16,398 bases of DNA. Origin: a bacterium (GTDB lineage Bacteria; Eisenbacteria; RBG-16-71-46). How positions within the stretch are numbered: position 1 is the stretch's first letter; each line of letters starts with the position of its first letter. The stretch covers positions 1 to 16,398 of the forward strand of contig JAYWEM010000168.1 of assembly GCA_043779265.1 (NCBI GenBank). The letters run 5' to 3'. This document shows, piece after piece, positions 16,003 to 16,398 of the stretch. Position numbers and translations under genes: made by a program. The notes below the pieces were generated by a model. That model searched no databases and was not told where the DNA came from. It saw only the letters and a program-made list of their open reading frames with translations.

Positions 16003-16012
16003 CGTCAAGTCC

Positions 16013-16396
16013 TCAGCGGATGTCGATGGTGATGGGCATCAGCGCGAGAACGGCTCCAGTCGGGAATCGCGCGGCTGCCAGGAGCGGCCGGAGCGACTCC
16101 AGTCCGGATTCCGACTCGATGTCCTCCTCCGGCACGAGATCCTCGAGCAGGCGCGCCAGGTAGGGTCGCTCGACGCGCGGATATGCCTCCAGTCGAAGCG
16201 GGGTGCCCGCATCCAGCTCGAGCCGCTCGCGAAGCAACTGGAGCGCTCGATCGATCCCCCCGAGTTCATCCACGAGTCCGACACGGAGTGCGGATGCCCC
16301 CGTCCAGACGCGGCCCTGCGCGACGGAGTCCGCGCTCGCCAGGGCCAGCCCCGTTCGATTCGCTACGCGCGTCAGGAACAGGTCGTAGAACGATCT
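16013..16396 (-). CDS. sppA: Signal peptide peptidase SppA (S49), C-terminal part; continues beyond the window
   Basis: Frame open from the edge: RSFYDLFLTRVANRTG...DSVAQGRVWTGASALRVGLVDELGGIDRA, the S49 signature AQGRVWTG...GLVDELGG. Confidence 0.88.
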   Translation of the reverse strand, partial: RSFYDLFLTRVANRTGLALASADSVAQGRVWTGASALRVGLVDELGGIDRALQLLRERLELDAGTPLRLEAYPRVERPYLARLLEDLVPEEDIESESGLESLRPLLAAARFPTGAVLALMPITIDIR

Positions 16397-16398
16397 CA

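Overview
GC-rich bacterial DNA, densely coding and mostly housekeeping. A TonB-like domain, an outer-membrane-type protein and an FlgD-Ig domain point to a diderm, possibly FCB-group (e.g. Ca. Eisenbacteria-like) organism; this is inference only. Gene order: partial TonB C-terminal-like ORF (+); LeuB/tartrate dehydrogenase-family enzyme (+); stand-alone FlgD-Ig domain protein (+); short MgtC/SapB protein (-); enoyl-CoA hydratase (-); GAF-SpoIIE phosphatase coupled to mtgA (+); YqeY (-); processive-type GT2 glycosyltransferase coupled to a predicted small outer-membrane beta-barrel (-); acyl-CoA carboxyltransferase beta subunit (+); EF-G2-ruvC-ruvA-ruvB-queA (-); class I cytochrome c (+); 3' end of sppA (-). 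I found no tRNA, rRNA, CRISPR array or mobile element. The best candidate for an under-described system is the GT2 plus beta-barrel pair, a possible minimal synthase-dependent surface-glycan export module with a non-canonical QxxRW motif. Other leads are the orphan FlgD-Ig protein with a structured leader, an EF-G paralogue with degenerate GTPase motifs, and a LeuB-like enzyme with an altered cofactor-specificity loop.
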